Source of the DNA: Christensenellales bacterium
GTDB taxonomy: Bacteria; Bacillota; Clostridia; Christensenellales; UBA1242
Length of the DNA: 64,000 nucleotides
Assembly (NCBI GenBank): GCA_051889995.1
Contig: JBJFDL010000003.1
Span: 112,838 to 176,837 of the forward strand
Direction: 5' to 3'
A model generated the notes under the pieces. It did not search any database. It was not told where the DNA came from and saw only the letters and a list, made by a program, of their open reading frames with translations. Below, piece by piece: positions 50,931 to 60,437 of the stretch (position 1 is the first letter of the stretch; each line of letters starts with the position of its first letter). Position numbers and translations under genes: made by a program.

Positions 50931-51707
50931 ATGAAGAACAAAAGTTTAACAATTTTAATAACTATTTTAACAATCATTGTGCTAATTGTTGTTTTAAGTA
51001 GCACAGTTTTTTGTTTAAAAAGTGTTGAAATTAATTTTATGTCTAACACAATAAATTTAACAAATAAGGAAGAAGAGATCATTGAAAGTGGAGATTTTAA
51101 ATTAAGCCAAAGTATCTTTTTTATTAATAAAAGCAAATATGTTAATAAGTTAGAAAATCAAAATCCATACTTAAAAGTTGTGAATATAGAAACTAAATTT
51201 CCAAACACATTAGTTATAAATGCTATTGAAAGAAACGAATTATTTGTTATTAAAGGTTATGAAAATGATACTTTTAAATCATATTTAGTTGTTGATAGTG
51301 AATTGAAGGTTTTAAATAAATTAACATCATACACAAACACTTATGAAAATGCTATTCTACTAGAAAGTGACGAAAAAATTGTAAATACTGATGCGGGATA
51401 TTTTGTTACAACAAACAATTCACAATTAATTAAGCAATTAGCAAATGAATTATTATGTTACAATCAAAACACAAATTTGTTAAAAGCTAATTTTGAAAAC
51501 ATAGCTTTAAATTATGAAAGCAACGGAAGTTGTTATATAAAAATGCGTTCTGGAACAGAAATTGTTATTAAACAAGCAGATTTGAGATTGCAAGAAAAAT
51601 TCACTTTAGCATTAAGTGTGTATGATGAATTAACAGATAAAACTTCTGGAAGATTAACTGTAGATATTAACACAAGCGACAAGGTTTTTTGCACATATAG
51701 TAGTTAG
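50931..51707 (+). CDS. ftsQ: Cell division protein FtsQ/DivIB-like (POTRA domain)
   Basis: N-terminal TM helix, POTRA-like LKVVNIETKFPNTLVINAIERNELFVI. Position upstream of ftsA. Confidence 0.75.
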   Translation: MKNKSLTILITILTIIVLIVVLSSTVFCLKSVEINFMSNTINLTNKEEEIIESGDFKLSQSIFFINKSKYVNKLENQNPYLKVVNIETKFPNTLVINAIERNELFVIKGYENDTFKSYLVVDSELKVLNKLTSYTNTYENAILLESDEKIVNTDAGYFVTTNNSQLIKQLANELLCYNQNTNLLKANFENIALNYESNGSCYIKMRSGTEIVIKQADLRLQEKFTLALSVYDELTDKTSGRLTVDINTSDKVFCTYSS

Positions 51708-51730
51708 AGGAGCTTACGGCTCCTTTTTTA
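51707..51730 (+). terminator. Rho-independent terminator after ftsQ
   Basis: GGAGC-TTACG-GCTCC followed by T6. Confidence 0.7.
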
Positions 51731-51828
51731 TGCTAAAAAGTTTTAAATTGAAACATTGTCTTTTGATTGTTATTGACAGGTAAAAAACATTGTGATAAAA
51801 TGTTTTTAATAATACAAAAGGGTGGTAA

Positions 51829-52488
51829 ATGTTTAGTAAAATAATGCTTTTAACAAACAAATACATTGATGACTTTATTTTAAAAAATACTCCAAAAATT
51901 AAAGCCAATCAATTTGATAAAGAGAGAATAGAAGAGATATTTATTGATTTTTGGCAACCATTAGGTTATGACATTTCTAATTTAAATTTGGAAATTAAAA
52001 AACGAGAAAAAGATGAACTTCATCCAATGATTAAATTTAAAAGTAAAGATAACAATGATGTTGTTTTAATTTTGAATTTTGGTATTTTAGGTATTGAATA
52101 TGTTTTATATCATAATTCAAACGATTATGTTAGTGAGTCATACTATGAAAATAATAATAATTATGAAGTGACAATTTCTAGAAGAATTACTAATGTATTG
52201 GAGAACTATGATAAACCAGATGAACTTTTTATAAACATATTGCTTTCTTCGTCTAACGTTATGATAAGATATGATTACAACAATATGGAAATTTTAAAAT
52301 TTAAAGATGATTTTAAAGGTAAGAGTAAAGAATTAAAATTTTGTAATGATTTATGCAAGGCAATTAAGCATACAAAAGAGGAACTATATTACAAAAATGA
52401 TAAAGAATTGCATAATTATGTAAAACGAAAACTTAAAGAAAAATTCACTAAATTACGTGATAAAGATAATTCTTTAAATGAAAAATAG
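51829..52488 (+). CDS. Hypothetical protein (219 aa) between ftsQ and ftsA
   Basis: Own promoter (TTGACA, 17 nt, TGaTAAAAT at about 51772-51800), SD AAAGGGTGG and its own terminator. No TM helix or recognisable motif. Confidence 0.55.
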   Translation: MFSKIMLLTNKYIDDFILKNTPKIKANQFDKERIEEIFIDFWQPLGYDISNLNLEIKKREKDELHPMIKFKSKDNNDVVLILNFGILGIEYVLYHNSNDYVSESYYENNNNYEVTISRRITNVLENYDKPDELFINILLSSSNVMIRYDYNNMEILKFKDDFKGKSKELKFCNDLCKAIKHTKEELYYKNDKELHNYVKRKLKEKFTKLRDKDNSLNEK

Positions 52489-52534
52489 GGTATATGCAAT
52501 TTTGGTATATTTATGCATTTTTTTTAATTTTTAT

Positions 52535-52566
52535 AAAAAACGCTTGCATTTGGGCGTTTTTTTTAT
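52535..52566 (+). terminator. Rho-independent terminator
   Basis: AAAACGC / GCGTTTT stem followed by T8. Confidence 0.65.
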
Positions 52567-52663
52567 TATAATATTCTTAATTATTTACAAAAAATGGTAT
52601 AAAATTTTTAATTTTGTATTGACTTAAATATTTTTTAATTATATAATTTAAACAGGTGATTAT

Positions 52664-53824
52664 ATGGCACATTATGAAACAGCAGTTTTAGATATTGGTT
52701 CATCTAAAATATCTGTTATGATAGCAGAAAAAGGAATTAATAATACTTTCAACATTAAAAGCAGTGCAGAAGAAAATTATGATGGCTTTAGTAATGGTGA
52801 ATTTTTTAGTGTGGAAAGTTTGAAAGATGCCATAGTAACAAGCATTAAAAAAGCAGGAGAAAATTTAAGATACAAAATTAAGAAAATATATATATCTGTT
52901 CCAGGTGAATTTTCTTACTGTGTTAATAAAGAAGTTAATGTAACTTTTCCTAAAAGAAAAAAAGTTAAAGACAGTGATATTTTTGAAATTTTTGATTCAA
53001 GTCAAAATTTCCCAGAAAATTCATTCGTTATAAATCGCAGTCCAATTTATTTTATTTTAGATGATAACAGAAAAGTTCAAAACCCTGTTGGGGAAGTAAC
53101 TAGTAAGTTAAATATTTTAATTTCATACATATTGACTGATAAAAGTTTTATAGACTTAATTTCGAAAATATTAAACGAAATTAATATTTATGAAATAGAC
53201 TTTATTTCTTCAAGTTTGGCTGAAGCATTGTATCTAACAGAACCTGAAATGAGAGATAATGGATTAATTCTAATTGACTGTGGTTATATCACAACAAGTG
53301 TTAGCTTAATTAAAGGTGATGGATTAATTGCATTGAAAGCTTTTTCTATGGGTGGTGGTCATATTACTGGTGACCTTTGCCAGTGCTTAAAGTTAAGTTT
53401 TACTCAAGCTGAAAATTTGAAAAAGAAAGTTGTTTTAAGTTTAGATGCAACTGATGATGATTTTTACGAAGTTACGGTAAATGATAAAGTTCAACCTGTT
53501 TCTTGTAAACTTGTAAATGAAATTATACTTGCAAGGTTAGATATGTTTTGTGAAGTATTCAACAAAATATTTAATTCCAGCGAATTTAATCTTCAAAATA
53601 AACCTTTTGTTCCAATTTTAATAACAGGTGGTGGAATTAACTATTTAAAAGGCGCAAAAGACTATTTTGGTAAACAATTAGGGAAAAATATAGATTATAT
53701 TGCTCCAAGCGTTCCTCAAATGAACAGACCACATTATTCTAGTATTTTATCTTTATTAGATATTTCATTAAAACAAGAAAAAAGCATTAAGAAAAATTTA
53801 TTTCAAAAATTATTTAATAAATAA
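52664..53824 (+). CDS. ftsA: Cell division protein FtsA
   Basis: Actin-fold motifs [10 protein letters not shown] and [11 protein letters not shown], and GGGINYL. Consensus promoter TTGACT-17-TATAAT upstream. Confidence 0.9.
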   Translation: MAHYETAVLDIGSSKISVMIAEKGINNTFNIKSSAEENYDGFSNGEFFSVESLKDAIVTSIKKAGENLRYKIKKIYISVPGEFSYCVNKEVNVTFPKRKKVKDSDIFEIFDSSQNFPENSFVINRSPIYFILDDNRKVQNPVGEVTSKLNILISYILTDKSFIDLISKILNEINIYEIDFISSSLAEALYLTEPEMRDNGLILIDCGYITTSVSLIKGDGLIALKAFSMGGGHITGDLCQCLKLSFTQAENLKKKVVLSLDATDDDFYEVTVNDKVQPVSCKLVNEIILARLDMFCEVFNKIFNSSEFNLQNKPFVPILITGGGINYLKGAKDYFGKQLGKNIDYIAPSVPQMNRPHYSSILSLLDISLKQEKSIKKNLFQKLFNK

Positions 53825-53835
53825 AGGAGAAAAAT

Positions 53836-55017
53836 ATGTATAACGATCAAATAACAACAGTGGCAAAAATTAAGGTTATGGGTGTTGGTGGCGGTGGCTC
53901 TAATGCAGTTAATCGTATGATTAATTATGAATTTAAAGGCCCAGAATTTTGTGCGATTAACACAGATAAACAAGCCCTTTTAACAAACAAGGCTGAAACT
54001 AGAATTCAAATTGGCGAAAAGTTAACTAAAGGTCTTGGTGCAGGTGCAGATCCAGATGTTGGAATGAAAGCTGCTGAAGAAAGCAAACAAGAAATTATGG
54101 ATGCTTTAAGTGGGGCAGATTTAGTATTCATCACTGCTGGTATGGGTGGTGGAACAGGAACAGGTGCCGCTCCAGTTGTTGCACAAATTGCAAAAGAGAT
54201 GGGTATATTAACTGTTGCTGTTGTTACAAAACCATTTGCATTTGAAGGTAAACGTCGTGCAGAAAATGCTGAAAGAGGAATTGAAAATCTAAAAAAATAT
54301 GTAGATACTTTAGTAATCATTCCTAATGATAAACTATTGGAAGTTATGCCTAAAGGTTCAGTTTTAGACACATTTAGATACGCAGATGATGTTTTAAGAC
54401 AAGGTATTCAAGGAATTAGTGATTTAATTATAACTCCAAGTTTAATTAACCTTGACTTTGCCGATGTTAGAACAATTATGAAAAACAAAGGCTTTGCTCA
54501 TATGGGAATTGGTAAAAGCAAAGGTGAAAATAAAATTATTGAAGCAGTTAAAAATGCAGTTTACAGCCCACTTTTAGAAACTGAAATTAGTGGCGCTACT
54601 GGCGTTTTAATTAATGTTAAAGGTGATGTTGATTTACCACTTGGAGAAATTTATCAAGCTGTTGATTTAGTTAAAGAAGTTGTTGACCCAGATTGTAACA
54701 TTATTTTTGGTGCTGCAATTGATGCTAATATGAGTGACGAAGTAGAAATTACTTTAATAGCTACTGGATTTAATGGTGGAAGTTTTGATAAGAAAACAAC
54801 GACAGAAGACCCAATTAAATCAAGTTATGATAACTTTATGCGTAAAAATGATGACCCAAATATTACTTTACAAAGACCAAAATTAAGCCCACTATATCCA
54901 CAAAAAGAAGAAGTAACTGAAGAAGTTAAATATGCTTCAAAACCTGTTGAAAACTCATCAAGAATAGAAGTAGATGCTGATATTCCACCATTTTTAAGAA
55001 GAATTAAAGGAAAATAA
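53836..55017 (+). CDS. ftsZ: Cell division protein FtsZ
   Basis: [17 protein letters not shown], tubulin signature [13 protein letters not shown], and C-terminal peptide DIPPFLRR. Confidence 0.98.
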   Translation: MYNDQITTVAKIKVMGVGGGGSNAVNRMINYEFKGPEFCAINTDKQALLTNKAETRIQIGEKLTKGLGAGADPDVGMKAAEESKQEIMDALSGADLVFITAGMGGGTGTGAAPVVAQIAKEMGILTVAVVTKPFAFEGKRRAENAERGIENLKKYVDTLVIIPNDKLLEVMPKGSVLDTFRYADDVLRQGIQGISDLIITPSLINLDFADVRTIMKNKGFAHMGIGKSKGENKIIEAVKNAVYSPLLETEISGATGVLINVKGDVDLPLGEIYQAVDLVKEVVDPDCNIIFGAAIDANMSDEVEITLIATGFNGGSFDKKTTTEDPIKSSYDNFMRKNDDPNITLQRPKLSPLYPQKEEVTEEVKYASKPVENSSRIEVDADIPPFLRRIKGK

Positions 55018-55026
55018 GGAAAGTTT

Positions 55027-55440
55027 ATGAGCGAAAAAATTAAGTATGCAAAAAGTCAAGCCATGTTCACATTCTTTTTTGATAGTGATTTTGAACCAAG
55101 TGTGCTTGGTAGAATGATTGGCGTGAATCCAAGTAAAATTGTTTTGAAAAAAGATGCCGTAGTTAGTCCTTTGAACCCTAAAGGACACGGATTCTTTCAA
55201 ATTTCGACAAATGTTGCAGATGAACCACAAACAGAAATTGCTGTAGCAACAATTTTGCGTGTTTTTATTGGTAAAGAAGATGCAATTTTAAAGATTTTAA
55301 ATGAAAACAATGGCTATTGTGTTTTAGATTTATTTATTAAACAAACAAATGGCACAATATTCCCTAAAATTAGTTTATCAACCAATGCAATTAAGGTCTT
55401 GTCGAAACTTAATGCTCAATTTAATTTAAAACTTATGTAA
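55027..55440 (+). CDS. DUF4279-like protein co-transcribed with ftsA-ftsZ
   Basis: Pattern F.F.FDSDFEP..L....G..P....KKD ... followed by LDLFI......P.I.LS...I..L..L.A.F.L resembles DUF4279 from memory. SD AAGGAAAG and a 9-nt gap after ftsZ. The terminator comes only after this gene. Confidence 0.55.
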   Translation: MSEKIKYAKSQAMFTFFFDSDFEPSVLGRMIGVNPSKIVLKKDAVVSPLNPKGHGFFQISTNVADEPQTEIAVATILRVFIGKEDAILKILNENNGYCVLDLFIKQTNGTIFPKISLSTNAIKVLSKLNAQFNLKLM

Positions 55441-55463
55441 AAGTGCTTAATGCACTTTTTTTA
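55439..55463 (+). terminator. Rho-independent terminator ending the ftsA-ftsZ-DUF4279 unit
   Basis: AAGTGC / GCACTT stem followed by T7. Confidence 0.7.
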
Positions 55464-55472
55464 ATTTTGTTA

Positions 55473-55501
55473 TTGACTTAAATTAACAATTATGTTACTA
55501 T
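55473..55501 (+). promoter_or_regulatory. Sigma-A-type promoter of the tandem LRR genes C and D
   Basis: TTGACT (55473-55478), 17 nt, TGtTACTAT extended -10 (55493-55501). Confidence 0.6.
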
Positions 55502-55531
55502 TTATTATATTTAAAAATAGCGAGAAAATCT

Positions 55532-56875
55532 ATGATTTATAATTTTGATGTTGAAAAAGGGATTTTAACTATTTATAGTTATGAAAAAAACACTCAAGAT
55601 GATTTTGATTTTAAACAAGAGATAAAAAATAATGTTAAAGAACTTGTTTTGCAAGAAGGAATCGAGGTTTTTTATTCGGGTGCTAAAGAATCCCCAAACC
55701 TAGTTAAGGTTAACTTACCACAAACATTGAAAAATATTTGTAGAGGAGCGTTTTCGGGCTGTAAATCTCTTGAAGAAATTGAAGTTCCAGAGTCGGTCCA
55801 AAAGATTGGATTTGAAGCTTTTTTTAAATGTGAGAAATTAAAAAAAGTAAAACTACCTAATCGTTTACATAAAATTGAAAAGGGGACTTTTTCATCTTGC
55901 GAATTACTAGAAGAGATAAAATTGCCTAATAAACTTAAAGAAATTAATAATGTGGCATTTTCAAATTGTAATAGTTTAAAGAAAGTTGATTTGCCAAATT
56001 CGTTGAAAAAAATTGATGTAGCTGCATTTTTTCAATGCAAAAGATTAGACAATGTTATAATTCCAAATGGTATAGAGGAAATTGAAGCGAGTGTTTTTCA
56101 AGGTTGTCAAAGTCTAAAAAATATTGTCTTACCAAAATTTTTATTTAAAATAGGTGTTTCTGCCTTTTCATATTGCACTAGTTTAGAAAAAATTGATTTG
56201 CCATATTTTGTGTCTTACATAAACCAAAAGGCATTCAAAGGCTGTTCATCTTTAAAAGAAATTAATCATTTTGATAACATATTTTTTATAAAAGCTGAAG
56301 CCTTCAAAGATTGCATAAGTCTAGAAAAAATTTCATTACCAACAAATCTTGAGACAATTTCTAGTAAAACATTTAGTAATTGTGTTTCATTGAAAGAAAT
56401 TAAATTGCCTGATAAAGTTACGGTTATAGAAAATTTTGCATTTAGTGATTGTGAAGGACTTGAAAGTATTACATTTTCTAATTCGCTTAAACAAATTGAA
56501 GAGTATGCTTTTTCTAATTGTAGTAATTTACAATTAATCGAAATAACACCAAATGTTACAACGATTAACTCTAATGCTTTTGAAAAGTGTAAAAATCTGC
56601 ATGGCGTGTATTTACCAAAATCTTTAATATGTTTTGAAAAAGATGTTTTTAAAGATTGCCCTAATCTTAGTCAAATAGTTGTTGAAAAGGGCATATCAGA
56701 TAAGATTGTTGAACAATTACATGAGGAATATCCTAAAGTGAAAATAAAAATTTTTAATGAAGAATATGAACAAATAAGACAATCAAATAAAAATGGCATG
56801 GAACCATACTTAAAAAATTTATGGAAAAAGAAAGAGAAGCAATTTAATAAAAATAATGATGAAAATATTAAATAA
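55532..56875 (+). CDS. BspA/LRR_5-type leucine-rich repeat protein, paralog C (no signal peptide)
   Basis: 14-15 tandem 23-aa (69-nt) units, each with one Cys (GCKSL, KCEKL, SCELL ... DCPNL). N-cap MIYNFDVEKGILTIY, C-cap VVEKGISDKIVEQLHEEYPKVKI and tail LWKKKEKQFNKNND. Confidence 0.85.
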   Translation: MIYNFDVEKGILTIYSYEKNTQDDFDFKQEIKNNVKELVLQEGIEVFYSGAKESPNLVKVNLPQTLKNICRGAFSGCKSLEEIEVPESVQKIGFEAFFKCEKLKKVKLPNRLHKIEKGTFSSCELLEEIKLPNKLKEINNVAFSNCNSLKKVDLPNSLKKIDVAAFFQCKRLDNVIIPNGIEEIEASVFQGCQSLKNIVLPKFLFKIGVSAFSYCTSLEKIDLPYFVSYINQKAFKGCSSLKEINHFDNIFFIKAEAFKDCISLEKISLPTNLETISSKTFSNCVSLKEIKLPDKVTVIENFAFSDCEGLESITFSNSLKQIEEYAFSNCSNLQLIEITPNVTTINSNAFEKCKNLHGVYLPKSLICFEKDVFKDCPNLSQIVVEKGISDKIVEQLHEEYPKVKIKIFNEEYEQIRQSNKNGMEPYLKNLWKKKEKQFNKNNDENIK

Positions 56876-56888
56876 AAGGAAGTAAAAA

Positions 56889-57740
56889 ATGGAATTTAAT
56901 TTTAATGGAAAAACAGGTAAAATGACAGTTTATGGTTCAACAAAAGAATGTAATGGACAAAATTTTCATTTGATAGATAAAAAAGAAATTAAAGAGATTG
57001 AAATTCAAGAAGGTATTGAAAAAATTTTAGATAAATCTTTTATGAATTGTGTTAATACAACAAAAATTTCTTTACCATCAACACTTAAAAGTGTTGGCAA
57101 ATTTGCTTTTTATTCTTGTGGCAAACTTGAAGAATTAATTTTTCCAACAAACGTTGAAAGTTTAGAAGAAGATTTATTTGTTAACTGCACAAATCTTGAA
57201 AGAGTAATTTTGCCTAAAAATATATCTAATTTGCCTAAAAAATTATTTGAAAATAGAACAAATTTAAAACTTGTGAGTTTACCTGAAAAAATTGAAGTAA
57301 TACCTGAAATGTGCTTTAAAGATTGCTATAATTTGCAACAAATTGAACTCCCAAAATCTTTAAAAGTGATAGATGAAAATGCATTTGCTTTGTGCTTATC
57401 ATTAGAAGAAATAGAAATTCCTGAAAATGTTGAAAAAATAGAAAGAAATGCTTTTAATTATTGTAATAAATTAAAAACAATTAAATTTAATGGTGCTGTT
57501 AATGAAATAGATTCTTCTGCTTTAGATAATTGCGCATCTTTAAAAACAATTTTAGTTCCAGTTAACACAGACATAAGGGTATTGGAGAAATTACTAGAAA
57601 AACATCCACAAATTAAAATTAAAAAATATAACAAATTTTATGAAAATCTAAATACAACTGATGTTGATGAAATTGAATATTTAAGACAACGTTGGATTGA
57701 ACAAAAAGTAAAAAAATACAATAATGAACATACAAAGTAA
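56889..57740 (+). CDS. BspA/LRR_5-type leucine-rich repeat protein, paralog D (no signal peptide)
   Basis: About 8 repeat units. N-cap MEFNFNGKTGKMTVYG, C-cap RVLEKLLEKHPQIKIKKYN and tail RWIEQKVKKYNNEHTK. SD AAAAGGAAG. Confidence 0.85.
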   Translation: MEFNFNGKTGKMTVYGSTKECNGQNFHLIDKKEIKEIEIQEGIEKILDKSFMNCVNTTKISLPSTLKSVGKFAFYSCGKLEELIFPTNVESLEEDLFVNCTNLERVILPKNISNLPKKLFENRTNLKLVSLPEKIEVIPEMCFKDCYNLQQIELPKSLKVIDENAFALCLSLEEIEIPENVEKIERNAFNYCNKLKTIKFNGAVNEIDSSALDNCASLKTILVPVNTDIRVLEKLLEKHPQIKIKKYNKFYENLNTTDVDEIEYLRQRWIEQKVKKYNNEHTK

Positions 57741-57760
57741 ATAGTTAAAATATTAAAATG

Positions 57761-57796
57761 AGGACAAAAAAGAAAATTTTCTTTGTCCTTTTTTTT
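57761..57796 (+). terminator. Rho-independent terminator after LRR gene D
   Basis: AGGACAAA...TTTGTCCT hairpin followed by T8. Confidence 0.8.
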
Positions 57797-57888
57797 ATGA
57801 AGAATCAGTTATTACATATAAAGTGTAAATTAAACAATTTAATCTTTTTTTTGCATTCTTTTTTTTGTTAAAATATTTGTGGTAATAG

Positions 57889-58752
57889 ATGGTTGTATAT
57901 ATTGAACAAATTTTAATAGATAACTTTATTATTAATTTATTTATTATTTTGTCTTTAAAGGCAATTTTAAAGGCCAAATTTAAACGAATTAATATGGTAT
58001 TATCAAGTTTACTGGGAAGTATTATTTCTTTAATTACTCCTTTGTTTAATTTTGGAATTGTTTTATCTTTTGTTTTTAAAATCGTAGTTAGTTTAACAAT
58101 GGTTGTGATTTTGAAAAAATTTTATAAAATTAAAGATTTTATACTTTCTTATTTAACTTTTATCTTTTTAACCTTCTTATTTGGAGGATGTTGTCTATTT
58201 GTTTTAATTAATTTTGATAGTAATTTTAACATTAACAATTATACAACTTATTCGTTGCCACTAGGGATTGTAGTTTTAATAATTTTCTTCTTACTTATTT
58301 GCATCAAGAATATATTTAAAAATTTTTATAAAAGGAAAACTGCAAACAATTTTATATACAAAATAAAGTTATTTAATAATAACGAATTTGATGAAGTAAT
58401 AGGGTATTTAGATAGTGGTAATTTTTTAAAAGACAATGAGAGCAAAAGGTCGATTACTATAGTTGCTTATAACGCTTTAAAAAACTTAATGAAAGAGGTT
58501 AGCATTACTGATATTATTTTAAACAAGACGGATAAAATTAACAAAATCTTTAAAAATGTTCATTTAATAAATATTTCTTCGGTTTCTCAAACAAATAACA
58601 GATTACTAGTTTTTTCAATTGATAAATTAGAAATATATTTAGAAAATAATGTGCATATAATTAATAATGCATATATTGGACTAACTTTAAAAGGATTTAT
58701 AAATGAATTAGGATATAACGCCTTATTAGGACCTAATATTTTCAAGGAGTGA
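57889..58752 (+). CDS. spoIIGA: Sigma-E processing peptidase SpoIIGA
   Basis: [17 protein letters not shown]-terminus, five TM helices, and aspartic-protease motif GYLDSGNFL. Confidence 0.9.
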   Translation: MVVYIEQILIDNFIINLFIILSLKAILKAKFKRINMVLSSLLGSIISLITPLFNFGIVLSFVFKIVVSLTMVVILKKFYKIKDFILSYLTFIFLTFLFGGCCLFVLINFDSNFNINNYTTYSLPLGIVVLIIFFLLICIKNIFKNFYKRKTANNFIYKIKLFNNNEFDEVIGYLDSGNFLKDNESKRSITIVAYNALKNLMKEVSITDIILNKTDKINKIFKNVHLINISSVSQTNNRLLVFSIDKLEIYLENNVHIINNAYIGLTLKGFINELGYNALLGPNIFKE

Positions 58753-58756
58753 TTAT

Positions 58757-59497
58757 ATGAATGTTTTAAAAATTTTAAAAAAAGTTGTTTCTAATTTTGT
58801 AAATTTTGATTTTAATACGGATGGTGAATTGCTATACTATTTGTGCACAAATGAAGCACTACCTTCGCCACTTTCAAGTGAAGAAGAAGCACATTATGTT
58901 GAACAATTAAACTTACTAGGTCAAGAAAATGAGAAATTAAGGGAAAGTGCAAGAAACACATTAATAGAACATAATTTGCGATTAGTTGTTTATATTGCCA
59001 AACGTTTTGAAAACACAGGTGAAAGCGTCGAAGATTTGATTTCTGTTGGAAGTATTGGTTTAATTAAGGCGATAAATAATTTCAACATGGAAAAAAATAT
59101 AAAACTTGCCACATACGCTAGTCGTTGCATTGAAAACGAAATTTTAATGCATTTAAGAAAAATTGTAAAACTAAAAAGCGAAGTTAGTTTGGAAGAACCT
59201 TTAAATATTGATGGAGATGGCAACGAACTTGTTTTAGCTGATGTTATAAGTTTAGACAATGATAGTGTTACAAAAAATTTAGAAAATGCTTGTGAACAAA
59301 AAATATTATTAGAATTAGTATCGCACTTAAACAGAAGGGAGAGGGAAATAATTTCTTTGCGTTTTGGATTAAATAATATTGAAGAAAAAACTCAAAAAGA
59401 AGTTGCCGACCTTTTGGGTATTAGTCAAAGTTATATTTCTAGAATAGAGAAAAAAATTCTTTCTAAACTAAAAAAAGAAATAATCAAAGTAATTTAA
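58757..59497 (+). CDS. sigE: Sporulation sigma factor SigE (pro-sigma-E)
   Basis: Pro-sequence followed by [19 protein letters not shown], region 2 [12 protein letters not shown]...[17 protein letters not shown], and region 4 [11 protein letters not shown]. Confidence 0.93.
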   Translation: MNVLKILKKVVSNFVNFDFNTDGELLYYLCTNEALPSPLSSEEEAHYVEQLNLLGQENEKLRESARNTLIEHNLRLVVYIAKRFENTGESVEDLISVGSIGLIKAINNFNMEKNIKLATYASRCIENEILMHLRKIVKLKSEVSLEEPLNIDGDGNELVLADVISLDNDSVTKNLENACEQKILLELVSHLNRREREIISLRFGLNNIEEKTQKEVADLLGISQSYISRIEKKILSKLKKEIIKVI

Positions 59498-59539
59498 AAA
59501 TTTTTGAATAAATAGTTTTCAATAGGAAAATATAAATCT

Positions 59540-59559
59540 AAAAGATTTTCAAATCTTTT
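59540..59559 (+). promoter_or_regulatory. AU-rich hairpin just upstream of the sigG ribosome-binding site
   Basis: AAAAGATT-TTCA-AATCTTTT, followed by CTTT and SD GGAGG (59564-59568). Confidence 0.4.
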
Positions 59560-59572
59560 CTTTGGAGGCTAT

Positions 59573-60343
59573 ATGGCAAGTAAAGTTGAAATTTGTGGAG
59601 TGAAAACAAGTGAACTACCAAAGTTAAAGAATAAAGAATTAGATGAACTTATGATAAAGTTAAAAAATGGTGATAAGGATGCTAGGGATTTATTCATTAA
59701 TGCAAACTTAAGACTTGTTTTATCAGTTGTGCATCGTTTTACAAACAGATTTGACAATCCTGATGACCTATTTCAAGTTGGAACTGTTGGTTTGATTAAA
59801 GCAATAAATAATTTTGACACTTCGTTAAATGTTAGATTTTCAACGTATGCCGTTCCTATGATTATTGGAGAAATAAGAAGATTTTTGCGAGATAATAATA
59901 GTTTGCGTGTTAGTCGTAGCATTAGAGATACTGCCTATAAAATTTTACAAAGTCGTCAAAAATTAACACTTGAAAAAAATGTTGAACCCACTTTGGAAGA
60001 AATTGCAAAAGATTTAGATTTAAAAGTTAGTGAAGTAGCTTTTGCATTAGATAGTATTACTGAACCAGTAAGTTTATTTGACCCAGTTTATAGTGATGGC
60101 AGTGAAACTGTTAGGGTTATGGACCAAATTAGTGATAGTAAAAATAATCAAGATGAATGGGTCGAAAACTTTGCATTAAAAGATGCCTTAAAAAAATTAG
60201 GTAAAAGAGAAAAACAAATTTTACTTCTTCGATATTATCTGGGGAAAACACAAATGGAGGTTAGCGAAGAAGTTGGAATAAGTCAAGCACAAGTGTCTAG
60301 ACTTGAAAAAACTGCCATAGATATTATGCGAAAAAATTTTTAA
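59573..60343 (+). CDS. sigG: Sporulation sigma factor SigG
   Basis: KVEICGVKTSELPKLKNKEL N-terminus typical of SigG, NLRLVLSVVHRF, and region 4 SQAQVSRLEK. Follows sigE. Confidence 0.92.
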   Translation: MASKVEICGVKTSELPKLKNKELDELMIKLKNGDKDARDLFINANLRLVLSVVHRFTNRFDNPDDLFQVGTVGLIKAINNFDTSLNVRFSTYAVPMIIGEIRRFLRDNNSLRVSRSIRDTAYKILQSRQKLTLEKNVEPTLEEIAKDLDLKVSEVAFALDSITEPVSLFDPVYSDGSETVRVMDQISDSKNNQDEWVENFALKDALKKLGKREKQILLLRYYLGKTQMEVSEEVGISQAQVSRLEKTAIDIMRKNF

Positions 60344-60390
60344 TAAAACTCTAAAAAATTGATTAATCTTTTTAAATTTGAAAATTGTTA

Positions 60391-60436
60391 AAAAAAAACT
60401 CACAATTGTATTAGTTATACTTTTGTGAGTTTTTTA
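60391..60436. terminator. Bidirectional terminator shared by sigG (+) and the GDPD gene (-)
   Basis: A8, AACTCACAA ... TTGTGAGTT stem, T-run. Confidence 0.8.
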
Positions 60437-60437
60437 A

